Source: an uncultured Clostridia bacterium (GTDB lineage: Bacteria; Bacillota; Clostridia; Christensenellales; CAG-314). From it: a DNA stretch of 64,000 nucleotides. The notes below the pieces were generated by a model. That model was not told the origin of the DNA and did no database searches. It saw nothing but the letters and a program-made list of their open reading frames with translations. Where the stretch lies: the NCBI GenBank assembly GCA_934230325.1, contig CAKQEP010000001.1, positions 148,739 to 212,738 of the forward strand, given 5' to 3'. Of this stretch, positions 8,683 through 17,228 are shown in pieces. Positions within the stretch are counted from its first letter, which is position 1. Each line of letters begins with the position of its first letter. The translations under genes were made by a program, and so were the position numbers.

Positions 8683-8782
8683 AAATATCTCCTTATATTT
8701 GTTATTTTATTAGATTCTAGCATAAAATTAAGAAATTGTCAATAGTTTTGAGTAAACTTTAATAGAATCTTTATAAAATTTT

Positions 8783-8807
8783 AAAAGCCGAGTTTTTCTC
8801 GGCTTTT
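8783..8807. terminator. intrinsic terminator (bidirectional shape)
   Basis: aaaagccgag-ttttt-ctcggctttt. Confidence 0.7.
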
Positions 8808-8810
8808 ACA

Positions 8811-9113
8811 CTATATATCTGCACTAATTTCATAAATGACATTGTCATCGTCGAACAAACTCATTTGCGAATACATAATTGGTGAAGTTGCATAACAAGT
8901 TGTTATCAACTTCTTCAAGTGTAAAGCATTAAAGTTTAACGCAAAATAGTTAAAATAATTGCTTTTATAAGGATCATCACAATGGCAAAAAACGGTTTTA
9001 TTATTAAAATATTTCCTATAATGCCTTAACTTATTTTCAATTGTGGTTAATTGAGTATAAAATTCATCGGTTTTCCCAGCACTGAAGATTTGCAAATTGC
9101 TGTTGGTTACCAC
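8811..9113 (-). pseudogene. N-terminal about 100-aa fragment of an M.EcoRI-like adenine DNA methyltransferase
   Basis: TDEFYTQ..IENKL.HYRKYF..KTVFCHCDDPYKSNYFNYFALNF..L.LKKLITTCY matches, from my memory of the sequence, the N-terminus of M.EcoRI (SDEFYTQ..IENEL.YY..HF..KVVYCNCDDP..SNFFKYFAVNF..LGLKKLIASCY). The ORF stops before the NPPF catalytic motif. GTG start with SD AAAGGAG. Confidence 0.6.
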
Positions 9114-9218
9114 TTTTTGATGCTCCTTTCGTATGCGTAATGAGCATCAAACATAATAATAGGTGCACATTTTTATGCTGTTTTTTTATGGCATTATGGT
9201 TTTAAACTTTAATACCAA

Positions 9219-9254
9219 GAAAAAGACGGCGGAATTTTTACCGCCGTCTTTTTC
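9219..9254 (-). terminator. intrinsic terminator of the feo operon
   Basis: gaaaaagacggcgg-aattttta-ccgccgtctttttc, with a T-run on the minus strand. Confidence 0.75.
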
Positions 9255-9298
9255 TCAATTGGAGATAAGATCTATAAATATCGGTTGTATTTGATATG

Positions 9299-9463
9299 CT
9301 ATTTTGTTTTCGAATCAGTTTTGCAAGAAGAGCAACCGCTACAATGCTGACAATCAGAACAAGCGCAAGAACATTTGCCTTTCTTTTTTCTGATGATAGC
9401 GGCAATAATAACTCCTACAACGACGCCCCCTGCCAACACGCCGACAAGTATTTCGCCTAACAT
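9299..9463 (-). CDS. FeoB-associated Cys-rich small membrane protein (54 aa; not in the ORF track)
   Basis: Translation MLGEILVGVLAGGVVVGVIIAAIIRKKKGKCSCACSDCQHCSGCSSCKTDSKTK: one TM helix, a basic stretch and a CxC-rich tail. The start overlaps the feoB stop (ATGTTAG). Confidence 0.75.
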   Translation of the reverse strand: MLGEILVGVLAGGVVVGVIIAAIIRKKKGKCSCACSDCQHCSGCSSCKTDSKTK

Positions 9464-11802
9464 GCAACGCATCCTCCTTTTGTTCTTTTATTTTTGTAAA
9501 TTATTAGCAATACGACTGCCGCAATTACTGCTGCCCAGATAAATGCCGTCCACCACCAACTGCCGATTGTATAAACCGCAGCGGCTACTACGTAAGAAGC
9601 GGCAATCCAAAAGATTAGCGTACCTACGTAAGATTTGTGGTTTGGCAACTCTGCTTTTGCGGTTGCAACCGCCGCAAAACACGGTATCGTGGTCATATTA
9701 AACGCTATGAAGGATATTAAAGCGGGAATGCTTATGTTGGTTGCGATTATCATTGCTTGTACGGCGTCGACGCCTTCTTCGTTCATGATATCAAGACCTG
9801 CAAATTTGTCCCCGAACTCAGCCCGCGCAACCACGAGCAAGCAAGACGCGATTGTAGAGAAAGTTGCAATGACGTTTTCCTTTGCAATAAGTCCCGTTAT
9901 TGCCGCCACGACAAACACCCAGCCGTATTTTCCCAACTGACTGCCGAATCCCAACGGGGTAAAAAGCGGCTGTACGAGTTGCGCAAGGTTTGCAAGTATA
10001 CTGTTGTTTACTTCCTCGTCGGCAAGCAATTGCCAGTTGAAGGAAAAGTGCGTAAGCACCCAAATGACGATCGTTGACGCAAGTATAATTGTAAAGGCTT
10101 TCTTGATGAAATGCTTTGCTTTGTCCCAAAGGTGCAACATCAGGTTTTTAAATTGAGGCGCGTGGTATGCGGGCAACTCCATAATAAAGGGCGGAGTTTC
10201 GCCTTTGAGCGTTGTTTCGCGCATCAAAATTACGCTCAATATTGCCGCAAGAATGCCGAGCAAATACATTGCGTAAGTGATAAGTTCTGCGTTGCCCACT
10301 TTAAAGAATGCAACAATACCTCCCGCAACTGCCGTCAAAATGGGCAATTTTGCACCGCAAGAGAAGAAAGGTATTACTCTGACGGTAGCGATACGTTCTT
10401 TTTCGTCCGCCAAAGTTCTCGTGTTTATCATAGCGGGCACAGAACAGCCGAATCCCATTATCATAGGCATAAACGCTCTGCCCGACAAACCGAATTTGCG
10501 GAACATTCTGTCAAGAATAAAGGCAATTCTCGCCATATACCCCGAATCCTCCAAAATAGAGAAGAAAAGGAAAAGCACAAGGATAGGCGGCAAGAAAGAC
10601 AACACTGCGCCAAGACCGTCGATAATGCCGTTGTTGATAAGACCAATAGCCCATTTAGCCATGCCGCTGTCTTCTACAAGACCTTGTATCCAGCCAAACA
10701 GTTCGCCTACCAACATATCGTTCCATACGTTGTTGATAATGACTCCCGGAGAAAATACAGCGCCGTCGTATACGGTAGCAAGCCATCTCACGCCGTAACT
10801 GATAGGTTCTCCGTCCGAATTCAAAAGACCGAGTTGTTCAAGCGTAGGCAATTTGTATATTGCGCCCAAATACAAAAAGTCCTCCGAAAAAGTGAGATGG
10901 AATATCGCAAACAAAATCACCAAAAAGATGGGTATACCAAATATTTTGTGGGTGAGAACTTTGTCGGCTTTGTCCGATTTGGACATTTTTATGCCGCCCC
11001 TGTCCTTTCTCTTTAATGCGGGAGAATAGTTTTTGGATATGTACTTGTATCTTGCGTCCGCTACCAACGCTTCAAAATCGTCACCGAATATGTCGTCTTT
11101 AAACGTCTTTTTAAAATCGTTGACCATTTTTAACGTTGACGGGTGCATTTTTACTTCTATCTCGTCGTTTTCCGTAAGTTTAACGGCGTGAAAAAGCGGA
11201 TTGTCTACGTTTTGACCTTCCAAAGCGATTTTTACGTCACCGATAAGATGACTCAGCGCGCTTTCTCCCAACACGGAAACGCCTTCGCGAGGAGTTTGAG
11301 AAGTATTTTCTACGCGCTCCATCAACTCTTTAAGACCGTTTTCCTTAAGGGCAGAGATTTTTACGACGGGAACGCCGAGTTTTGACTCAAGAAACTTTTC
11401 GTCAATAGCGTCGCCTTGCTTTTCTACTGCGTCCATCATGTTGAGCGCGATTACCATCGGGCAATCCATTTCCATAAGTTGCGTAGTAAGGTAAAGGTTG
11501 CGCTCGAGGTTTGTCGCGTCAACTATGTTGATGACGCAATCGGGTTTTTCTTCTATGATATATTTGCGGGCAATTACTTCTTCCGGAGTATACGGCGACA
11601 AAGAATATATACCCGGTAGGTCGATAATGTTTGCGACAAAATTGCCGTTTTTGTACGTGCCTTCCCTTTTGTCTACCGTCACGCCGGGCCAGTTTCCCAC
11701 GTGCGCCGTAGACCCCGTCAGACTGTTGAACAACGTCGTTTTGCCGCTGTTTGGGTTGCCCGCAAGCGCAACTGTCAAAACTTTTTTACTTTTTTCCGTC
11801 AT
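9457..11802 (-). CDS. feoB: ferrous iron transporter FeoB
   Basis: N-terminal G-domain GNPNSGKTTLFN, DLPG and NMMD, plus a large polytopic membrane domain. Confidence 0.95.
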   Translation of the reverse strand: MTEKSKKVLTVALAGNPNSGKTTLFNSLTGSTAHVGNWPGVTVDKREGTYKNGNFVANIIDLPGIYSLSPYTPEEVIARKYIIEEKPDCVINIVDATNLERNLYLTTQLMEMDCPMVIALNMMDAVEKQGDAIDEKFLESKLGVPVVKISALKENGLKELMERVENTSQTPREGVSVLGESALSHLIGDVKIALEGQNVDNPLFHAVKLTENDEIEVKMHPSTLKMVNDFKKTFKDDIFGDDFEALVADARYKYISKNYSPALKRKDRGGIKMSKSDKADKVLTHKIFGIPIFLVILFAIFHLTFSEDFLYLGAIYKLPTLEQLGLLNSDGEPISYGVRWLATVYDGAVFSPGVIINNVWNDMLVGELFGWIQGLVEDSGMAKWAIGLINNGIIDGLGAVLSFLPPILVLFLFFSILEDSGYMARIAFILDRMFRKFGLSGRAFMPMIMGFGCSVPAMINTRTLADEKERIATVRVIPFFSCGAKLPILTAVAGGIVAFFKVGNAELITYAMYLLGILAAILSVILMRETTLKGETPPFIMELPAYHAPQFKNLMLHLWDKAKHFIKKAFTIILASTIVIWVLTHFSFNWQLLADEEVNNSILANLAQLVQPLFTPLGFGSQLGKYGWVFVVAAITGLIAKENVIATFSTIASCLLVVARAEFGDKFAGLDIMNEEGVDAVQAMIIATNISIPALISFIAFNMTTIPCFAAVATAKAELPNHKSYVGTLIFWIAASYVVAAAVYTIGSWWWTAFIWAAVIAAVVLLIIYKNKRTKGGCVAC

Positions 11803-12031
11803 TTGCTACCTCCATTTCTATCGACGCCGCCTCCGTTTTGCGCAAAGACAGTTCGTAATTGCGAATCGTTATTTCCATAGGATCTCCGAGCGGGGCTTTT
11901 TTTCTTAAGTAAATTTCCGCACCGGGCGTAATCCCCATGTCAAACAATCTTCTTTTGATTTTCGGCTCGCCGTCTACGCGACGAACTATCCCTTTTTGAC
12001 CGATTTTAAATTCTGATAACTTTACTAACAT
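11786..12031 (-). CDS. feoA: FeoA family protein
   Basis: MLVKLSEFKIGQKGIVRRV...RRLFDMGITPGAEI (FeoA/SH3-like). SD AAGGAG. Overlaps both the upstream stop and the feoB start. Confidence 0.85.
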   Translation of the reverse strand: MLVKLSEFKIGQKGIVRRVDGEPKIKRRLFDMGITPGAEIYLRKKAPLGDPMEITIRNYELSLRKTEAASIEMEVANDGKK

Positions 12032-12258
12032 GTTTCTCCTTGCGTCACCAAGATTTTGGCGGCTAAATTTCTGTCTAATGCAAGTCTGCAATCCTTTATC
12101 AACAGCACGACGCTGCCGTCAACGGAAGATATGACTTTAAAGTTGCTGTTTATCGAGATACCGAGATTTTCCAAATGCTTTTTGGTTTTGTCCTCTGCCA
12201 TGACTTTGATAACTCTAAGATTAACGTCTGTCGGCGCAACTACTAACGGCATAAGCAC
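12025..12258 (-). CDS. feoA: FeoA family protein (second copy)
   Basis: LRVIKV....K.HLENLGISINSNFKVIS is the FeoA pattern. The start is GTG 12258 or ATG 12252. Confidence 0.75.
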   Translation of the reverse strand: MLMPLVVAPTDVNLRVIKVMAEDKTKKHLENLGISINSNFKVISSVDGSVVLLIKDCRLALDRNLAAKILVTQGETC

Positions 12259-12346
12259 CTCACTATCTCGTTTTTGGACTCAATCAATTTGTCCCATACG
12301 ATTTTTCTTTTATTCATATTTGCCTCTTGTGTTTTGTTTATTTTGT

Positions 12347-12366
12347 TGAATATGACTTCATATTCA
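12347..12366. promoter_or_regulatory. candidate Fur-family operator (9-2-9 inverted repeat)
   Basis: TGAATATGA-CT-TCATATTCA lies 15-34 nt downstream of the feo -10 box. Confidence 0.35.
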
Positions 12367-12380
12367 TCTTTGACAGCGAT

Positions 12381-12409
12381 ACTATAACACCATTAAATTA
12401 GTTTGTCAA
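12381..12409 (-). promoter_or_regulatory. promoter of the feo operon
   Basis: On the minus strand: TTGACA, 17-nt spacer, TATAGT. Confidence 0.5.
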
Positions 12410-12502
12410 GCAAAATGCGAAACTTTTTTCATATTTTTTTAAACACAATTAGTCTTGCATTTATCTTAAAAATGAGTTATAATAGGTTTGAGGAGAAAAA
12501 GA

Positions 12503-13105
12503 ATGTCTAATACGATAAGGACGCCGCAGCAAGAACGCTCGATAGAAACAAAAAACAAACTTATAGACGCCGCTTACAAATTGTTTTCCACCGACGGATA
12601 TTACAACACTAATACGGCGGCTATTGCAAAGTGCGCTTCCGTGTCGACAGGCATTGTCTACGGCTACTTTAAAGATAAACGCGACTTGCTGTTGGAAGTG
12701 TTGGAAATTTATATCAAAAACGTATTTGACCCGATACTCCTTAATTTTGACAAGTTGCAATATCCCGTAGACTTTAATCGGCTTGTGCCGCAAATCGTTC
12801 AGATTGCGATACAAGCGCACAAAGATAACGCAAAAATACACGAAACGTTGCACTCCCTCACCTCGACCGACGACACTGTTAATATGCGTTTTATCGAGTT
12901 GGAGGACGATATAACAAACAAACTTGTCAAAAAACTTACGGAAGCAAAAGTTACGACGCCAAACCTTACGGAAAAAATTCACTTGTCTATGGATATAATA
13001 CAGTCTTTTGCCCACGAAACCGTTTACGACAACCATCAATATATCGATTACGACGTAATGACAAAACTCGTAAGCGATATAATAATAAAAATGTTTACGC
13101 AATAA
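12503..13105 (+). CDS. TetR/AcrR family transcriptional regulator
   Basis: N-terminal HTH KLIDAAYKLFSTDGYYNTNTAAIAKCASVSTGIVYGYFKDKRDLL. SD GAGGAG before ATG 12503. Confidence 0.85.
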   Translation: MSNTIRTPQQERSIETKNKLIDAAYKLFSTDGYYNTNTAAIAKCASVSTGIVYGYFKDKRDLLLEVLEIYIKNVFDPILLNFDKLQYPVDFNRLVPQIVQIAIQAHKDNAKIHETLHSLTSTDDTVNMRFIELEDDITNKLVKKLTEAKVTTPNLTEKIHLSMDIIQSFAHETVYDNHQYIDYDVMTKLVSDIIIKMFTQ

Positions 13106-13124
13106 GATAACGATAACAAGTATT

Positions 13125-13571
13125 ATGATAAGAAAAATAACAAAAAACGACAAACAGATATTTCTTGAATTGACCGACAAATTCTACAAATCAGACGCGG
13201 TATTGCACGATATACCAAACAAAAACCACGTCGCGGCGTTTGAACACATGGTAAACGACGCACTGTATATGGACGGATACATCGTCGAGTCCGACGGCAA
13301 ACCCGTCGGGTACGCCATCGTATCCAAAACCTTTTCACACGAGGCGGGCGGCATTGTATACTGGCTGGAAGAATTGTATATATTGCCTGACTATCGCAAC
13401 AAATCTCTCGGCAAGCAATTTTTTGATTTTATTAACAATCAATGCGACGACTCGGTGAGCAGACTCAGGTTGGAAGTCGAACCCGAAAACCATGCGGCAG
13501 TACGCCTGTATTTAAGACAAGGCTTTAAAAAACTCGAATACGTTCAATATATAAAGGAATTAAATATCTAA
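13125..13571 (+). CDS. GNAT family N-acetyltransferase
   Basis: YILPDYRNKSLGKQFF...LRLEVEPENHAAVRLYLRQGF (acetyl-CoA binding motif A). Confidence 0.8.
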   Translation: MIRKITKNDKQIFLELTDKFYKSDAVLHDIPNKNHVAAFEHMVNDALYMDGYIVESDGKPVGYAIVSKTFSHEAGGIVYWLEELYILPDYRNKSLGKQFFDFINNQCDDSVSRLRLEVEPENHAAVRLYLRQGFKKLEYVQYIKELNI

Positions 13572-13769
13572 TTCCTGTTTTCGCAACCTTAAATCGTCCG
13601 TATTTATAATATTTTCCCGTTTAGTGACGCAAAACCCAAAAGTTAACCGCTTTAAGTATTGCGTCGCTTTTTAAATTTGATTTTTTAACAAAAAAACCCG
13701 TTATGCTCAGGTTGTAGGGGCATAACGGGCAATTTCTTATTAACCAAACGGATAAATCAGATGCTTGCT

Positions 13770-15458
13770 TTATTCTATTGAAAAAATGTAGTGGTACAAC
13801 GGTTGACCGCCGCGATGTACGTCAACGTCCATAAAGGGATAAAGTACCGACAACTCCTCCGCCAACGCTTCTGCGTCTTCCTGTGAAACGCCTTCTCCGT
13901 AATAAAGAATAAGCGTTTCGTTGTTTTCCGTCACCATCTTCCCGATAAGTTCTTTAGTGACGGTGTTGACGTCGTTGCCTTTAGTGCGAATCTTGTTGTT
14001 GTCAAGACCTATTATATCGCCTTTTTTAAGGTCCATTCCGTCTATGGACGTAGACCTTACCGCATAAGTCACGCTGCCCGCTTTGACCGACGTCAAGGCT
14101 TCGTTCATGCTTTGAAGGTTTTCGTTTATGTTGATTTCCGTATTATACGCCAAAGTCGCCGCTATGCCTTGCGGAACGTTGGTGGTCGGCACTACGAATA
14201 TTTGTTTGTTTGTGACGAGAGAACGCGATTGCTCCGCCGCAAGAATTATGTTTTTGTTGTTGGGCAAAACAATAACGTTTTCCGCATTTATTTTTGAGAT
14301 TGCGCCCGCTATGTCGTTTGCGGAAGGATTCATCGTTTGACCGCCTTCTACGATTCTGTCAACGCCGAGATCTTTGAATATGACGCCAAAACCGTCCCCC
14401 GCGCATATCGACAACAGCCCTATGTGTTTGCGTTCCGCCTCGTATTTGGCTTTAAGTTGGCGGTTTTGCTCCATCATATTTTCAATTTTGATGTGGTCAA
14501 CTTCTCCCATCTTGAGAGCGTATCCCAAAGCAACGTTGGGCGTGTTGGTATGAACGTGTACTTTAACCAAAGATAAATCGCCTATTACCAAAACGCTGTC
14601 GCCTATGCCGGTAAGTTTTTCTCTCAATTTGTCGATATCGGCAACCGTCGTTTTTTTGTAAAGGTTTATAATGAAAAATTCCGTGCAATAACCAAACTCA
14701 ATTTCGTCGAGAGAGGCATAGTCGATTATTACGTCCTCTACTATCTTGTCGCCGCTTGACGCAAGTTTGGGCGCTACGGCAATCGGCGGCACAACTCCGT
14801 CGTCTGCGCCTTCTATTTCCTCACCGAGATACCCCTTTAAAAACCCTTTAAAGATTATGACAAGTCCATAACCGCCGCTGTCAACGACGCCGGCTTTTTT
14901 AAGTACTTCCAAAAGGTTGGGCGTTTCGGCAAGTATTTCCTCTCCTTTGTCGATAAGTTCCTGCAAAAAATCGGCATAAGTGAGATTGATTTTTTTGGAT
15001 ATTTCTAAAGCGTGCTCCGTAATAACGCGGATAACGGTGAGAATAGTGCCTTCTTTAGGCTTTGTAACTGCGTTGTAAGCCAACTCTACACCGCTTTTTA
15101 ACGCTTTTGCAAACAGTTTTATGTCAACTTCTTCCGACGCGCCGATGACGGTGGCAAAACCTTTGATTATTTGCGAAAGAATAACGCCGGAATTGCCTCT
15201 CGCGCCACGTAATGCGCCTTTTGCTATGCTCGTAGTAAACGCTTCCATCGTGGTGGACGCATTTGCGCTCGCTTCCTTTACGGCAGAAAGCAAGGTCAAA
15301 GACATATTTGTGCCGGTATCGCCGTCCGGTACCGGAAACACGTTTAACGAGTTGACAGTTTCTTTATTTACGTCAAGCATCTTGCTTGCCGCATTAAACA
15401 TCTTTTTTAATACGATGGTTGTTATTACTTTAGAAGTATTTGTATGTGCAGCAGTCAT
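13770..15458 (-). CDS. DAK2 domain fusion protein YloV
   Basis: VFPVPDGDTGTNM and RGNSGVILSQ (DhaL/DAK2 N-domain) with a long C-terminal domain. Conserved position after asp23/yloU. Confidence 0.9.
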   Translation of the reverse strand: MTAAHTNTSKVITTIVLKKMFNAASKMLDVNKETVNSLNVFPVPDGDTGTNMSLTLLSAVKEASANASTTMEAFTTSIAKGALRGARGNSGVILSQIIKGFATVIGASEEVDIKLFAKALKSGVELAYNAVTKPKEGTILTVIRVITEHALEISKKINLTYADFLQELIDKGEEILAETPNLLEVLKKAGVVDSGGYGLVIIFKGFLKGYLGEEIEGADDGVVPPIAVAPKLASSGDKIVEDVIIDYASLDEIEFGYCTEFFIINLYKKTTVADIDKLREKLTGIGDSVLVIGDLSLVKVHVHTNTPNVALGYALKMGEVDHIKIENMMEQNRQLKAKYEAERKHIGLLSICAGDGFGVIFKDLGVDRIVEGGQTMNPSANDIAGAISKINAENVIVLPNNKNIILAAEQSRSLVTNKQIFVVPTTNVPQGIAATLAYNTEININENLQSMNEALTSVKAGSVTYAVRSTSIDGMDLKKGDIIGLDNNKIRTKGNDVNTVTKELIGKMVTENNETLILYYGEGVSQEDAEALAEELSVLYPFMDVDVHRGGQPLYHYIFSIE

Positions 15459-15479
15459 AAATCTCCTGAATTATGCGTT

Positions 15480-15830
15480 TTACAGTCTGATACCCACAAC
15501 GTGAACGTTGACTGTATCAACAATCATTCCCGTAAAACTTTCCAAACCGTATTTAATCGTTGCTTTAAGACTATCCGCCACAGCCTGAATGTTAAGACCG
15601 AAACTAAGGATAACGTACAAATCGATAAAAATACGATTGTCTTTTGTAATTACTTTGACGCCCCTGCCCAAACTGTTGCGTTTGAGTATGTCCGAGCAAG
15701 CGTCCGAAAAATTGCGAGGTACTTTGTCCACCACACCGTAACAGTCCATGGCAAGGCGTCCGGCGACGCACGCTACCGCATCGTCAGTAATTGTAATTTC
15801 CCCATAACTGTTTGAAGTATGAAGCGCCAT
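15480..15830 (-). CDS. Asp23/Gls24 family envelope stress protein (YloU-like)
   Basis: 116 aa, GEITITDDAVACVAG....CYGVV pattern, synteny with yloV. Confidence 0.85.
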   Translation of the reverse strand: MALHTSNSYGEITITDDAVACVAGRLAMDCYGVVDKVPRNFSDACSDILKRNSLGRGVKVITKDNRIFIDLYVILSFGLNIQAVADSLKATIKYGLESFTGMIVDTVNVHVVGIRL

Positions 15831-16015
15831 ATATACCTCCGTGATATTTATTTATTGTACCTTATTTTTAAAATTTTTACAAGTATATTTACAGCAAAAA
15901 TTGCAATTTAAGAATATTTTTACCTGTTTTTTTGTTTAAAATCCTTTTTGCAGAAATAAAGACGGCAAAAACAATGCAAAATCACAAAAAAAATAAAAAG
16001 TTTGCTTTAAAACAC

Positions 16016-16044
16016 TTGCAAAATATGCGCTTTAATGCTAATAT
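16016..16044 (+). promoter_or_regulatory. promoter of rpmB
   Basis: TTGCAA, 17-nt spacer, TAATAT. Confidence 0.5.
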
Positions 16045-16085
16045 AGTATGGTTGAAAAAATAACGCTACTCAGGAGGATTCTTAA

Positions 16086-16274
16086 ATGTCCAAACAATGT
16101 GCAATTTGCGGCAAAGCCAAAATGTCCGGTAATCTTGTCAGTCACTCCAACATCAAAACACCAAGAACATACAATGCAAATCTTCACAAGACGCAGGTAG
16201 AGATAGACGGGAAACCCCAAAAAGTATATCTCTGCACTCGTTGCAAAAGGACTTTAAACAAGGAAGAAAAGTAA
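16086..16274 (+). CDS. rpmB: 50S ribosomal protein L28
   Basis: MSKQCAICGK....GN.VSHSN.KT.R....NL is characteristic of L28. Confidence 0.9.
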   Translation: MSKQCAICGKAKMSGNLVSHSNIKTPRTYNANLHKTQVEIDGKPQKVYLCTRCKRTLNKEEK

Positions 16275-16306
16275 TACTTTTTTCCTGTTTTAGGCTTGTC
16301 CTTTTT

Positions 16307-16336
16307 AAAACAAAGGTTTTGCGCCTTTGTTTTTTT
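16307..16336. terminator. bidirectional intrinsic terminator
   Basis: aaaacaaagg-ttttgcg-cctttgtttt flanked by A- and T-runs. Confidence 0.75.
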
Positions 16337-16538
16337 AATGCTCGTTTTTTTGGTCGTTTTGCCGTGTGCAAACCACAGAAACAACTCCTACTTTATGACC
16401 TTTTTTAAAAGCAGAAGTTTTAGTATGGGCGACAAAAAACGCGGAACTTTGCAACAAAAAATCTTCATACGATACCTCCCCTGTCGAGATATTGTATGAA
16501 GATTTGTTTTTTTTGGTTACTTTTTTATCGTGACGATA

Positions 16539-17186
16539 TTAAAGACACTTTAATTCTCTTATCATTTTTGCCTTGTCGGTCTCTTTAAACACGGCGCTGC
16601 CCGCCACTACGGCGTCTGCGCCCGCTTGATTTACTCTAAGTACGTTTTCCGTATTTATGCCGCCGTCAACTTCGATAAGAATATTTCTGTCGGAGATAAT
16701 CTTTTTGACTTCCTGCGTTTTTTCAATCGCAATTTCCATAAATTTTTGTCCGCCAAATCCGGGTTCTACCGACATAACGAGTACGACGTCGATATCGTCG
16801 AGATAAGGCTTTATCGATTCTACGGGAGTATTAGGCTTTATGGACAGCCCCGCTTTTTTGCCGCATTCCTTTATCTTTTTAAGCGTTTGAGCAACTTGTT
16901 GCGTCGCTTCGATATGTACGGTTATTACGTCTGCGCCGTTGTTTGCAAACTCCTCGATATAGCGTATAGGCTCGGTAATCATAAGATGCACGTCCATAGG
17001 AAGTTTTGTCAACTGTCTTATGTCCTTTACCATCTTTTGACCGAAACTGATGTTAGGCACAAACACGCCGTCCATAACGTCAACGTGTATCCAGTCCGCT
17101 TTAGCGTCTTCGAGTTGCTTTATCGCTTCGCCTATGTTTGTGAAATTCGCCGCCAAAATACTCGGCGCAACTATCAATTGTTTCAT
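16539..17186 (-). CDS. rpe: ribulose-phosphate 3-epimerase
   Basis: PSILAANF...HVDVMDG.FVPN...MSV.PGFGGQKF. Confidence 0.9.
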   Translation of the reverse strand: MKQLIVAPSILAANFTNIGEAIKQLEDAKADWIHVDVMDGVFVPNISFGQKMVKDIRQLTKLPMDVHLMITEPIRYIEEFANNGADVITVHIEATQQVAQTLKKIKECGKKAGLSIKPNTPVESIKPYLDDIDVVLVMSVEPGFGGQKFMEIAIEKTQEVKKIISDRNILIEVDGGINTENVLRVNQAGADAVVAGSAVFKETDKAKMIRELKCL

Positions 17187-17228
17187 TTTTTACTCCTGTA
17201 ACAATGTGTATTTTAATGATAATTTATT

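Noticed and set aside
7414-9255. Expectation that the A+T-rich islet would be bounded by a second tRNA-Leu-derived direct repeat (attR) near the feo terminator
   Set aside because: I found no further copy of the 21-mer, or of its 10-nt sub-strings, by eye between 7414 and 9300. The duplication at 7393 belongs to the 159-nt element, not to the islet.
10111-11016. 301-aa ORF on the plus strand inside feoB
   Set aside because: It is entirely antisense to a confidently identified feoB. The translation is Arg/His/Cys/Phe-rich low-complexity sequence with no SD or domain. This is the typical shadow ORF of a biased-composition gene.
12461-13180. 239-aa minus-strand ORF across the TetR and GNAT genes
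   Set aside because: It is antisense to two plus-strand genes that have clear motifs. It also spans their intergenic spacer, which is not plausible for a real gene.
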